NCBI RefSeq assembly: GCF_018350175.1
Contig: NC_058368.1
Location: 46,254,001-46,318,000, forward strand
DNA: 64,000 bases
Direction of reading: 5' to 3'
Origin: Felis catus
Taxonomy: Eukaryota
Shown: piece by piece, positions 24,928-37,300 of the stretch
Position numbering within the stretch: position 1 is the first letter of the stretch
Layout of the letters: each line of letters begins with the position of its first letter
Made by a program: the position numbers and the translations under genes
The notes under the pieces: model-generated
Seen by the model: the letters and a program-made list of their open reading frames with translations, nothing else
What the model was told of the DNA's origin: nothing
Database searches by the model: none

Positions 24928-25165
24928 ATAACTAGCATATACTGAGTGCTTTCTGTGTGTGCAAAGCAATGTTCTAAGCACTTTGCATGCATTAACTAAT
25001 TTAATCCTCTCAATAATTCTGGTAGATTGTTACTAGTGTTCTACTCATTTTACACATGAGTAGATAGAGGTAAACATAAGTTAATTAACTTGCCAAGATA
25101 ACTCAGCTAGTAAAGAGAGGAGCCAAATTCAAACCTAAGTAGCCCTGCTCCAGAACCCTTAAACA
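24928..25165 (-). mobile_element. MIR, near full length
   Basis: actgagtgct...ctaagcactttgcatgcattaactaatttaatcctctcaa...cattttacacatgag...aacttgccaagataactcagctagtaa...attcaaacc. Confidence 0.8.
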
Positions 25166-25431
25166 TACGAGGAGTAAAATGTAAATTATCTATAAGATTT
25201 TTTAAATGCATTGATATATGTGTTCAAGTATAAGAAACATACATTCCAAAAAAGGTAATAATTTTATACTTATTTTATCTCAGACTAGAAAGAAAACTTA
25301 GACATTTCTATGTCATTCCTTCTTAGTCAAGGGTTGACTTACTCCTTAAAACCTAGCCAGTGTTCATCTTAAGCAGCCAAGATTCATTCAAACTGGTGAT
25401 TTGCACTGTCAAACTTGTAATCATTCATTTC

Positions 25432-25642
25432 TTTTTTAAGTTTATTTATTGATTTTGAGAGAGAATGAGCATGAGCATACTCGGGAGAGGCAAAGAGAGG
25501 GGGAGGGTGAGAGAATCCCAAGCAGGCTCCACAATGTCAGCACAGAGGCTGATGCGGGGCTCAAACCCACGAACCGTGAGATTATGACCTGAGCTGAAAT
25601 CAAGAGTCAGATGCTCAACCAAATGAGCCACCCAGGTGTCTC
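25432..25642 (-). mobile_element. Can-SINE (older subfamily)
   Basis: Reverse-oriented: T-rich tail, (GA)n and head ending gagccacccaggtgtc. Confidence 0.9.
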
Positions 25643-26957
25643 AGTGATCATTTATTTTTGAGTCCAAGATATTTTACCTTAGCAATGAAATTCCAGATTC
25701 TCACCACCTGGGACTAGCTAGAGATCTCCAACCACAAGTACGGTCGACAATATCATCCCTAATTTCAGGTGTCCACACAGGTATCTCCTGCAAATTCCCC
25801 CATTCTACACCTTTACTAAATGTCAACCATCCTGAAAAAGTGTATACTTTGTGAGAAATATTTAACCATGAAAATATCACTTTTAAAATGTCACATTCAT
25901 TCCATTAGATAACAACAAAAACAAAAACAAAAACAAAAACAAGGGCTACTTAAAGATTCTTAAAAAAGTTACAAGTGTTGAAGGAATTCACTCTAAGGAG
26001 ACAGTTCCATGCCTTACCTATTCGTCAGCTACAATTCAACCTTGAGTATTGCCAAGTTTATCTCTTGTACTTGTTCCAGTTTAGCATCTCCTAAAATTCC
26101 TCACCATATAACCCTAGCCATGAACTTGCCTCACTTTTCACCATGAGAACTTTGTTTAGGTTTCCAGAACCAGCCCCACTCCTCCCCTGACTCCGTCACC
26201 GCGCTCCATGCTCACACCAGAAGCTCAGGGAGTTCTTGGCTACCGCTGGGCTCTGGTAAGATATCGGGTACCAGGTTACTGAGATGTTGCCCTAGACATC
26301 AACTTGCTGAGATCTAGATAAATTAGCTTATGGAAGTCTGCTAATTGATCACAAATAATGACTCTTTCTAGGCCACAGGTGTGTTTTACTAGGTCACTTT
26401 CTTCTCATGTCCCTTGTCACAATCTCCTGAGATGGGAAGCATAGCGTGTGGAAGTGAAGTCTCCCGAGCCGACAGCCTCATAGCTCTACACCTTCAGCTT
26501 CACTCTCTTGAACCCATTCGTGTTTTTCCTCCCATATGGAACAACTAATAACTAATACATTTCACCAGCACTATTTTAAAGGATCAAATTCGGTGAAAAT
26601 TATAACCAAAAAACTTCCTTTGTAGGTTTATTTCTTGAAGTGTGTACAACATGAAAAACTGTGAGGGAAGTAACTCACCATCTTGTTCACTGCTGTAACC
26701 TCAAAGGATGGTACATGGCACAATTTTTATCATCGATTGGTTGAATACCTGATATAACTGACCTTCACTAGTTAGTGGGCTAAGCTCTTTGTTCTCATAT
26801 TAATAAAGATAAATTTAAGCTGAGGTTAGTCTACATTTTAAATTAGTTGAGTCTGAATGAAGGAGAAGATATGTAATACAAAATGTTTGCACTTTGGGTT
26901 GCCTTTTTAGAGATGCGAATCCAGCATAAAAAACTTTTCTATTTTCTTTACGACATT

Positions 26958-27159
26958 TCTTTAAAGTTTATTTTTATTCAGTTTGAGAGAGAGATAGCAA
27001 GTGGGAAAGGGGCAGAGAGAGAGAGGGAGGCAGAATCCCAAGCAGGCTCCACGCAGTCAGCGCAGAAAACACGGGGCTCAAACCCACAAACTGTGAGATC
27101 ATGACCTGAGCAGAAATCAAGAGTCAGACGCTTAACAGACTGAGAAACTCAGGTGCCCC
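26958..27159 (-). mobile_element. Can-SINE
   Basis: Reverse-oriented body ...gagatcatgacctgagcagaaatcaagagtcagacgcttaac...caggtgcccc. Confidence 0.9.
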
Positions 27160-28734
27160 TATTTATGATATTTTAATCTAAGTTTTAAAACCTCAAATTA
27201 AAAAAATTGTGTAAATATATTTGTGGCTATCCAGTGCAGAAAGGGAACTGCTGATGATGTGTAAAAAGCATTAAGATTTGATTCATGAGCCTACATCATA
27301 AGTGATGTTGGCTGTTCTGGGCACTGGTGAACATGCCATGCCAGAGGGTCTAGGCAAAGGCTGATACGCATCCTGTCAAGAATATTATAGAAACTCTTCC
27401 CTAGAAATTGATAGGAGGTTAAGCTAAATGACCTTTTTATCCCTTTTACCTATTGAGATTTTACGACTTCTTCCTTTAAAACTAACTGCTTTCTAACATA
27501 GTCATATAAAAATGCAAAGGAGAGCACTAATTTTTAGGATTTAGGGAAATATAAAAAGTTAAGAGTGTATGTTTATGTCAAAGTCAGCAGTCTTCCCTTG
27601 GCGAGAAGGGGATTCTTGAACAGCACAGCTGCTATTTTGCAACTCTCAGAGCATAAAAACATAACGCAAATTCCCGGACCTTTACTACATATAAGTTTTA
27701 AAACATTGATTTCCAATTTATAACCACTTGTTCTTTGTAGCAAAGAAAAAAGATGACATTGTCAGATTTATAAAATTGTTGTTAGTAGCTTTTTAATGTG
27801 TTCTATTTAAGAAAAACACATCTGTTGGCTCACAAAAAGTCAAACAAAAGTTAAATACAGAAATGAGACGTCTTGCCCAAGTTTTCCCTTATCACCTATT
27901 TTTAAATGTAATTCAAAAGACTGTTTTAAATGTTAAAATTGCTTTAAATTCCAAAACAAGAAACACAAATCATTTTTTGGCCCACTGAAGTATTTCCTGT
28001 TATCTTCTACTTTATATTCTATATGTCTAATAGCATGGATGCTTCAAATTCATTTTTAGGATTTTTAAAAATATAAAGAAGTTATGTATTCAAGGTGGAA
28101 GATAGAACATGGATGAAGAATCTTAGCTGGAAAGGAAACCTGTATTAAGGGATCTGAGGAAGGGTGGTATGGATGAGACCCAGTGAATATGAGAAGAGTT
28201 GGCTCATGCAGGTGTCAAAGTAAGAGCCTCAGAATTGCAAGAGCTCCTGTAGGCCAGACATGAGGTTATGGCCCACCATGATCAGGAGCACTTTGGGCAT
28301 GGGTGATCATCTTACAGAAATGGGACTTCTTTCTCATCATGTATGTCTCGTGAGAATGTAGAACTATATTGTATCCTCATATGCCCATGTAACTATCTAT
28401 TCCCCTGGCATGTTCAATTCAAATCATGCTAGCATTACAGCTACTTAATATTTTCGTATATATTTCTTTATTGTTAATCTTTCCTCATCAAATGCAAGCT
28501 CCTTAAGAATAAAATTCTTCTCTGTATTGATGGTATTGTGTTCCCTCTACCTCTAATGGTGCTTTGCATTTACTAGGCTCTCGAGAAATACGCGTACAGT
28601 GAATAAATAAAAGTTTAAAAAGTATTTCAAAATGAAATAAATTAATCTCTCAGGCTATTTCTGTGCAATTAATTTTACTCAGAATTATCAAATTTGTAAA
28701 CATATATATTAAAGATTCTTTAAAAAAAAAAGGT

Positions 28735-28739
28735 TTCTT

Positions 28740-28774
<35 letters not shown>

Positions 28775-28947
28775 ACGCATGCACGCAAGTGGGCAAAGGC
28801 AGAGAGAGAGGGAGACAGAATCCAAAGCAGGCTCCAGGCTCTGAGCTGTCAGCCCAGAGCCCGACGCGGGGCTCGAACCCACGGACCGCGAGATCGTGAC
28901 CTGAGCCGAAGTCGGCCACTCAACTGACTGAGCCACCCAGGCGCCCC
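28735..28947 (-). mobile_element. Can-SINE (CpG-rich, relatively young)
   Basis: (GA)n, ggctccaggctctgagctgtcagc..., ends gagccacccaggcgcccc. Confidence 0.92.
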
Positions 28948-29056
28948 AACTTATAATGTATTCTTAAATCTATTCCCTTTTATTTACCAGCATACAAATT
29001 CTCCACAGAAATTTGAACACAGTGCCTAGCATAGAAATATATTCAAAAAACATAAT

Positions 29057-29225
29057 GGGGGTTACTGGGTGGCTCAGTCAGTTAAGCATCTGACTGTGGC
29101 TCAAGTCATGATCTCATGGTTCTCGAGTTCAAGCCCTGCATTGGTCTCCTTGCTGACAGTGTGGAGTCTGCTTGAGATTCTCTCTCTCCCTGTCTCTCTG
29201 CCCTCCACAACTCATGCCTGCATGA

Positions 29226-29267
<42 letters not shown>

Positions 29268-29301
29268 TCTCTCTCTCTCTCTCGCCTTCTCTCTCAAAAA
29301 A
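29057..29301 (+). mobile_element. Can-SINE with (CA)n(CT)n
   Basis: Head ctgggtggctcagtcagttaagc, B-box gagttcaagcc. Confidence 0.9.
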
Positions 29302-29809
29302 CTCATGATAATCTAAAGAAAATTATTTCTTTCATAATTAAAATTATTTTCAGAACTATTATAATCATAAATTTCATCAGAAACTTTTTAGGAAACAAGA
29401 ATAATTCTGAAATATGAACTTATCTTGCCAATTGTTTAGTTGGCAAATCAGCCAAATTAGAAGTTAGTCTTTCTAGAAATATTTATAGATGAATAGCAAA
29501 TTAAATATGGTATGGTGTACATTCTAACACAGATAAGAAGAGAGGAAACTGGAGCAAGTAAGGACATTTAGTTCATCCTCGGACTTCTTGGAGGAAGAAA
29601 AAACCAAGCTCAGAATGAAGGAAAATCAGGATACAAAGCCCTAACGCAGAGCTAAAACCTTCATATATGGATAGATGGAAAAAAAATATTTTATTATCTC
29701 AAATCTTATGTGAAGTTTCTAAAATTGGCCTCTACTTACATTAGCTCCTTCAAAGGTTAATGTATTTTTTCTTTTTTCTTTTTCTTTCTTTCTTTTTTTT
29801 TTTTTTTTT

Positions 29810-30039
29810 GAGAAACTTAACAGAAGACCATGGGGGAGGGGAAGGAAAAAAAGAAAAGTTAGAGAGGGAGGGAGCCAAACCATAAGAGACTCATAAAAAC
29901 TGAGAATAAACTGAGGGTTGATGGGGGTTGGAAGGTTGGCGGGGGGGCGGGTGATGGGTATTGAGGAGGGCACCTGTTGGGATGAGCACTAGGTGTTGTA
30001 TGGAAACCAATTTGACAATAAATTTCATATTTAAAAAAA
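29810..30039 (+). mobile_element. 5'-truncated carnivore/feline L1 3'UTR
   Basis: gaaacttaacagaagaccatggggg...aaaccataagagactc...ggtgatgggtattgaggagggcacctgttgggatgagcact...gacAATAAAtttcatatttaaaaaaa; includes the G-rich L1 3' tract. Confidence 0.85.
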
Positions 30040-30179
30040 TCCCCTCTTGTCTATCAATGTTTCATCTCATTATTCTCACATTGCCCTCGTAGGCAAAGAA
30101 ATGAGACTAGGTTGAAAGAAAGTTAGCCCAGTGAGCCCATGCCAATCCTAGCAATTTCCATCTTGTGTTCTAAGAAATT

Positions 30180-30402
30180 TTTTTATTAAAAATATTTTTA
30201 ATGTTTATTTATTTTTGACAGAGAGGGAGACAGAGCATGAGCAGGGGGAGGGTCAGAGAGAGAGGGAGACACAGAATCCGAAACAGGCTCCAGGCTCTGA
30301 GCTGTCAGCACACAGCCCGATGCGGGGCTTGAACTCACAGACCACGAGATCATGACCTGAGCTGAAGTGGGACGCTCAACCGACTGAGCCACTCAGGCAC
30401 CC
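30180..30402 (-). mobile_element. Can-SINE
   Basis: TSD TCTAAGAAATT at 30169-30179 and 30403-30413. Confidence 0.93.
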
Positions 30403-30999
30403 TCTAAGAAATTCTTTTAAGAAATGATTTTAGAATTTTCCTCAGGGTCATCACCAATGGGCTTCTTACATTGTTCTGTGAACATTCTTTTTTTTTTTTT
30501 TTAATCATAACTGCATTGGCTTGTTTACTCATCCATTATCTCTTGTCTATGGGCCAAAAAACTCAGCTGTAATTTACTTCAAATATCTTAGAACATAATT
30601 CATATGGCCTGAATTCATTTAAAATAGCCAAGACTTCTTACCATCTCTTCATCTATCTTGGGCTTCATCTATCTTGAGCTCTCATGATGCTTACTCTTTT
30701 TTTAAGTTTCTCTTAGAAGATAAAAACAAAAGAATAACATGTACTTGTTTGTATCATTTTAGATGCAGGCCAGACACAGGCCATGTATACTTAAAGAGGG
30801 ATATACTAAACATTACATTGTTATTTGATTACTTGACGGTAATTTGAGTTTATCTGTATCCTAAACATGGAGTTTCAAATTCTGAGGGGAAGGATTGGCT
30901 TATAGTTTCTCTATGCTTTTCAATCTGGATTCTATATCAAGCTTTTCAAAAATTAATGATCGTGAGTAAGTCATTCTTTTCTCTGTCTCATTTACTAAA

Positions 31000-31810
31000 T
31001 AATTGGGAACTCTTCTGCAACTTTGTCCTCTTACTAGACTCTTCCCCTCTTTACTGAATAATTCTGAATGCATATAAGCATTTTTGTGTTACATCCCATC
31101 CTCTACAAAAGAAAATCTCCCTTGGTATCATCCTTTCCTTCAATTACTGTCCCAAGTTTTCGTATCCCTTTTCAAGCGTTATGTATATTCTGTAACTTCA
31201 TCTTCTCCCCATGACTTAATCTTGAACTCACTCTAGTCAGTTTTATATGCCTCCCTTCCTAATAAAACTCCTTTTCTTTTTTTCAAAATCAACCGTGACG
31301 TCAATGTTACCAAACCAGAGAGTTAATTCCCAGACCTCCCCTTAGTTATCAGCAGTCCTGGATGTGTTGATTATTCCTTCACTCTTGAAACACTTTCTTT
31401 ACTTGGTTTCCAGGTCACCACCCTCTCTGTTCTTCTCCCCAAACCTCAATGGCAGCTTCTTCATAGTCTCCTTATTGCTTTTCTTTTTCATCTAATCTTT
31501 TCAAGCTCAAAATATTACAGGGTACCTTCTGACCTTTTCTCTTTGCTGTACGCATTCCCTCATGATCTCATTCAGACCCACGCCTTTAAATACCATCTAT
31601 ATGCTGATGGCTCCAAAATTTATATCTTTAGCTCAGACCTTTTGCCTGAACTGCCCTCATCTCTGGACTCACATCTCCACCGGGATCTCTAAGAGGCATC
31701 TTGAAATTCATATGCCCAAAAAACGAACACTTAATTACCCAATTCCACAGATGCTACTCCTATCATCTTGTTAATCTCAGTTCCATTCCATTCATTCTTC
31801 TCAGAGTAAA
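31000..31810 (+). mobile_element. LINE-2 ORF2 (reverse transcriptase) relic
   Basis: 31591-31620 translates YHLYADGSKI, the decayed YADD motif of L2 RT; the surrounding pyrimidine-rich sequence is L2-like. No intact frame. Confidence 0.8.
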
Positions 31811-31939
31811 CTAAAATGATGAATTTGTAGTGTTTCATTCTAGTTCATATAGCTACAGATAATACATAGAAATATAGATCTGAATGTATCTATATTTGTG
31901 TGCAACCATGAGAAATATTTACCATGACTTTGAGTTAAG

Positions 31940-32170
31940 TTTACATAAATAACATCATACTGTTAATATCTTTTTTCCAACTTTTATTGTGTTTTTGAGA
32001 TTTCCCTAAGTTGTTTCCCATAGATCTTTGTATTCATTTGAAGTGCTGTATTAAATTATATCATACAACTATGCTATCTTTTATTTATTCATTCTTCTAT
32101 TGCAGTGTTCAGTCGGTTCCAAAATGTTTGGTATGATAAACAATGTTGCAGTAAAATGCTTATTTTATCC
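31940..32170 (-). mobile_element. Old L1 (L1ME-like) fragment
   Basis: tttttgagatttcc...tttatttattcattcttctattg...ggttccaaaatgtttggtatgataaacaatgttgcagtaaa. Confidence 0.55.
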
Positions 32171-32174
32171 ATGT

Positions 32175-32360
32175 ATTAGAACTCTGAATGCATTATTTTA
32201 TGTTATTCTCACAGAACAATCTTGCATAGTACTATCCTTTTTCACCACACACAAAAAAAGACTGAATCTTAAAGAGATTGTGTGATTTTCCTAATGTCAC
32301 ACAGCTAGTCAAGGACATGGACAGAATTTGAAATCATGTTTATGCCATTTCATCATTCAG
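32175..32360 (-). mobile_element. MIR
   Basis: gaatcttaaagagattgtgtgattttcctaatgtcacacagctagt...gaatttgaaatca. Confidence 0.6.
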
Positions 32361-34093
32361 GGTTTTTTCCTATGGCATTAACTTATCTGGTTCCAAATCC
32401 CATAAAGTCTCTGTAGGAATAATACTGACGGAACAATGAGAAAGGCCCATGGCCAGTCCTAATCCTTGCTTCGATGAGAATTCTAGAAAATTGTGAGTGG
32501 GCAATGAGAGCATGAGTATGGGAGAAATGGGAGTATTGTGGTGGCAGCCCCATCTAGAAATCGACTATTTAAAGCCTTTTTATCAGCTTGTTGGGCACTC
32601 CAGTTCTAGAGATACTGGCAAGAAAGTCATAGAAACTAAAGTGTGGCATGAGGAAGTGGTAGAAATCAAAGAGAAAATTTTAGTTTGTGTGATTGAGACC
32701 CAGGAAAAAGTACCTGACATTAACCAAACTAAGAAAATTAGAAAGAAGACCCTCTAGGATACAGCAAGGTATGCGGTGGAGGGAACTTAAGCACTTGATG
32801 ATGTTTTCTTTGAAATAAAGATTTGTTTTACTTATCAAAGCTTCCTTTTACTCATCAAGACTTTAAGTGAAGAATTTCTACTTGCTTTCTCAATAAGAAA
32901 AAATACGAGAAACAAATAAATAGAAAAAAGCAAAGTAACAACACACCACGCTGCCTCTTTATAGATACAAATCTAGAACTGTGATAATTACCTTTTCTTC
33001 TTTCCCTTGTCTCCATACACATGCCATTCAGCTCCTGACTAGAGATTCAACCAGGAGCAATCACTGAAACCAATCATTAGGATCAGTAGAAGGAGTAGTA
33101 AAAGCACCTCAAGCCAAGATATTAAACAAACAAAAATGCAGTCTCAATTTGTCTTTACTTATCTGCTCTGGCCTTGGGTATTGATTTTAATAATTGTATT
33201 CCTGCTTTGTTTCCCTATAGGATTTACTCCTAATGTTACAAGTAAGGCCCATCTTGTTCCAGAACCTGTATCTTGCTTGACTCCATGTTCAATATCTTGG
33301 TTTCCTTTGGCCTTTCCATTTTAGCATTTCTGTTTTCGGAAATTCAACCCAGAAACCAATTCTCCATGGTCAGATGCCCCAATATAGTATATATGTATGC
33401 ATGTTATGTATATGTTTGTGTGTATTTTTTCCAGAACTTCACTTTTGCCTATCACTACCACTTATAGCCCTTCATTTATCGCCTACCACCTGCCAGAACT
33501 TTCTTGCCATCCATTTGTTTCAATATCCTGACTACTGCTTAGCCTTCTCCATATCATACCTAAGAATTTTAGACTTTGAATACTGTGATTTTTTTTGCTT
33601 GATTTATCACACGAATTAACAAGCACCCACTATGAAGAAGGGGAAAAGTTAATGGCATAGAGGGAGAATCTCTGGTTCCCCTCTAAAGAGATAGGAGGCA
33701 AACACAGAAGAAGAGAAAAATACCAAAACAAAGAAGAAAAAGTCCAATGCCCACTGATGAGGATTGAGCAAAGACCACTGAAGTGGCAGGAAACATATAT
33801 ATTTGGTCTAATAGTCTAAAGATTTGAAAAATTTTGTTCTCTGACACACTTTTCTTGGATTCAAAAGTGTAAATAAACTCAATAAAATGCTATCCAATCC
33901 TAAAGATATAAAAGTCCTGTATAAATAAATGTTAATGTTTTCATGTGTAAATTAGCCACAGAGAATTGTGCAGAACAACTTCAAATGCAATTTCCAATGT
34001 ATCCACATTTGTCAAATTATTGACAAACAATTGTGTTTCTGAATTTTTTCTTAGAGGCTTTATAAAAATTTAATATACAAAATCCGTTGAACA

Positions 34094-34290
34094 GGGGTGC
34101 TTGGGTGGCTCATTTGGTTAAGCATCCGACTCTTGGTTTCAGCTCAGGTCAAGCTCACAGTTCATGGGATCGAGCCACATCTCGGCTCTGCACTGACAGC
34201 ACAGCACCTGCTTGGGATTCTCTTTCTCCTTCTCTCTCTGCCCCTTCCCTGTTTGTGCTCTCTCTCTCAAAATAGATAAATAAAATAAAG
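34094..34290 (+). mobile_element. Can-SINE (older)
   Basis: ggggtgcttgggtggctc head, (CT)-rich body end, A-rich tail. Confidence 0.9.
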
Positions 34291-34336
34291 AAACCCACAG
34301 AAGAATCATTGTGCCTTTAAAGAAAATCTAGAAAGG

Positions 34337-34339
<3 letters not shown>

Positions 34340-34376
<37 letters not shown>
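34340..34376. repeat. (CT)n microsatellite
   Basis: About 18 perfect CT units. Confidence 0.95.
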
Positions 34377-34377
<1 letters not shown>

Positions 34378-37300
34378 AGGATTATTCTTCCTAGAAAAAA
34401 AGCGAAAGGAGACATAGATGGTTTGGGAAATAAAGTGAGATAGTGATTAGTGGAATTAGCTAGGCTTCAATTCAACAAAAATATAAGAAATAGAACACTG
34501 CAAAGAAATATGCACAGACTGAGAAGTATATACAGTAATTGGAACCATCTGCTAGCAAATACAGGTACTACAAGACCTGTTTCAAAGACTAAATTGGACT
34601 CATTTGTTATTAGCAGTATATATTTGCATTCAATTAATGTGTTAAAATCCTTTAAAAGTATGCTCTCTTAAGTGGGTTAAACATGCTCATTGTAATCTTG
34701 TTTATACTAATAATTGGCTTAGCAAATCTTTTCTTTATATCTAGTACAAAGGTAAACTTTATCAAGCCCAAGCTAAATTATCATAAATTCCATATTAGCA
34801 GAAACCAAATTAATGAGGTTTGATTGTACCAAGAAAATTGCTTTTGCCATTTGCTTAATTTCATCTGCTGTATATAATAACAAAAAATTCAAGTGATGGA
34901 AGGGGTAGATAATTCAGTATTTGCAAAAATATTAGTAGAAGCAAGGCAAACTTTCAGAAACTCTAATTCAGTGTTATATTTATTTGTTTAGGTTCAGTGT
35001 GTAATATGATGTTAAGTATATTACTGTACCATGCTATTATGGAACAGATGTTAAATGCAATGTAAAAATGTCAGGGGTAAATGATTGATGATCCTCTTTG
35101 CCATTTCAAAGTAAACCATGATTATTTATATGCTCTGGACATTGCTTGAAAGCATCATATTAAATCTAAACAATTGATCCATTTTCAAGGGTTTTTGTAT
35201 AATGTATTATTTATGTGTTTTTTATTCTTTTGTGAAAATGCCCCAGTATAAGGAAGTATTTAGAGTCTCAAGTGCTCCACCCAGTCCATATGGTAGATTT
35301 GTTCTCTGTGTAATACTTACCTTTTCCCTCTAGGCCCATATGGCAAGTCCATAGGCTGCCCAGGCCCCTCTGTCCTCCACAGGGGCCATATGGCAAGTTC
35401 AGTGAGCACTCATTTACCTTGTATTAATATTTTATCTGCCTCAGACAGAAAAAGAGATCAGATTAAGTAAAGTCAGCCCCTGAAAATGGTTTAGCCATAT
35501 AATCAATACTGAGTGTCAATGTGGTATGAGATATGGGTTCTGTTATTTCATTTATATTAAAAATAGCAAATCCATTTGAATAATTTATCAAATAATTTCA
35601 TAAGCTCTTTTGATCACTTGATATACATTGACAGAATACTGTTTAATTATGCTAATCATCCAGGCAATATTAACACATGATAGTATAAGCTTCTAGAGTT
35701 TAGAACTGGTTTAAACATATAGGCTTTGATATATCCAAAGAGATAAGACTGAATCTAAATTATAATCTGTATTACCATAGTAATTGCTCTAAAATTAATT
35801 CATTGTTATAACATTTGCAACTATAGGCTAAACTTTTGCTGTCAACTTAAAGTCATTAAGAAGCCCTCAGTACTTTATTTACAGTTAGAATTTATATAAA
35901 AATATGGAATAAATTACTACATCTCTGCGTCTTCTACTGCCACGACAGATTCTTATAAAGGTACGGAATGAATAAACTTCATGGGGTAATTTATTTCATT
36001 GTAAATTCATTTATTTGATAAAACCATTATTTTTATAACATCATTTACTTCTGAGCTAAAGACACTATCTCTCTGTTTTCTCTTTAACACCTGATAGCAT
36101 TGATATATATGGATATGACAATATACCTCATAATCAAATTGCTATTCCCAGCACTTAACAACTCTTCCAGAATATGCCACAGAAACATGCATATCCTTTA
36201 TGTTAGTCACAGTTATATATGTATATTTCTTTCATCTCCTTCAATAAAAAGATACTGGCCTCATTTTTCAAAACATCTTCATTATTAATAACCTGAGCTC
36301 GGTTATTCGAAATGAACAAAAACAACAATGCATCCCACCGTACTTATGGCAATTTATTTTTGTTAGACCTTAGAATTCTTGTCAGCTTAATGCATAAAAT
36401 CTGATGTGAGAATGTTCAAAAGAGGGAGTTCATGCTTTGTTGCTTGGTCCTTTCTTTCATACATTTAAATGTCTTCTTCTTGGACATGTCTTTTAATCAG
36501 TCAACCTTCTCTCCACAAAACAGTTCTAAATAGTTGGGTGTTTTTTTTTTTATTTGATTTCACACAATGCATATAGCCTATTATCATGTTCTGTCCATGT
36601 TTCCTCTGAGCCCCTGTATCTGTAATCATACTTGTTCTGATCTCTGTTCAGAATAGATTTGCTGAGATCATATCAGATAGGTGATACAAAACAGATTCTG
36701 GAGTCATTTGAAATTTTAAAATGATAATATTGAAATAAAAATGTTAATGTGTTTAGGTTTGTCACCTGTAAGTGCAAGTAAAGTCATAATTAAAATATAA
36801 AGACAACATCAGGATCTCTGACAGCTTATTTTAGGCTTGTATATATAGAAATATATTTTAATGAAAATATAAAAGTTTAATTTTATGCACTGAATATTTT
36901 CACGGAGTCAGCACTTTGCTATTTTGTGATAACATGTTAAAATTAATGGGATGTCTTAACTAAGTTCTTTCTGCATATATACATATAAAAGAGGGAAAGC
37001 TCTGAACCTGACTTCATAAATAACATTCACTGTGATTTTGTTAAAGTTTAGATGTGTGGATTTGTATTTGAAATCCTCAGAAGGTTACAGGGTGCAACCC
37101 TCCAACAATATCTCTGGGTCTTCAGGGACAAAATCCCATTATGTGGAGTTCAGTGAAGGGGGTAAACACCACCATAAAGAAATACAAATTGCACATATTT
37201 CCCATTTAGCTCGTGTCACCAAAGTTCACCATTTAGAATTCTAACCAGTTAGGACTTATTCTTGGAGGTCAAGTACCTTGTGAACCTTGTCATCTCATTG

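Noticed and set aside
29440..29455. NFI palindrome TTGGC...GCCAA
   Set aside because: The spacer is 6 nt rather than the required 5.
30647..30676. 14-bp direct repeat CTTCATCTATCTTG (and a similar imperfect repeat near 37513-37550)
   Set aside because: Ordinary local slippage duplications with no sign of function.
31562..31774. Functional reverse transcriptase or domesticated gene
   Set aside because: The YADD motif has decayed to YADG in a frame broken by stops and indels; an ancient L2 relic.
35286..35398. CRISPR-like repeat-spacer pattern
   Set aside because: Only three 8-13 bp units in a mammalian intron, with no cas genes or leader; retained only as a possible motif cluster.
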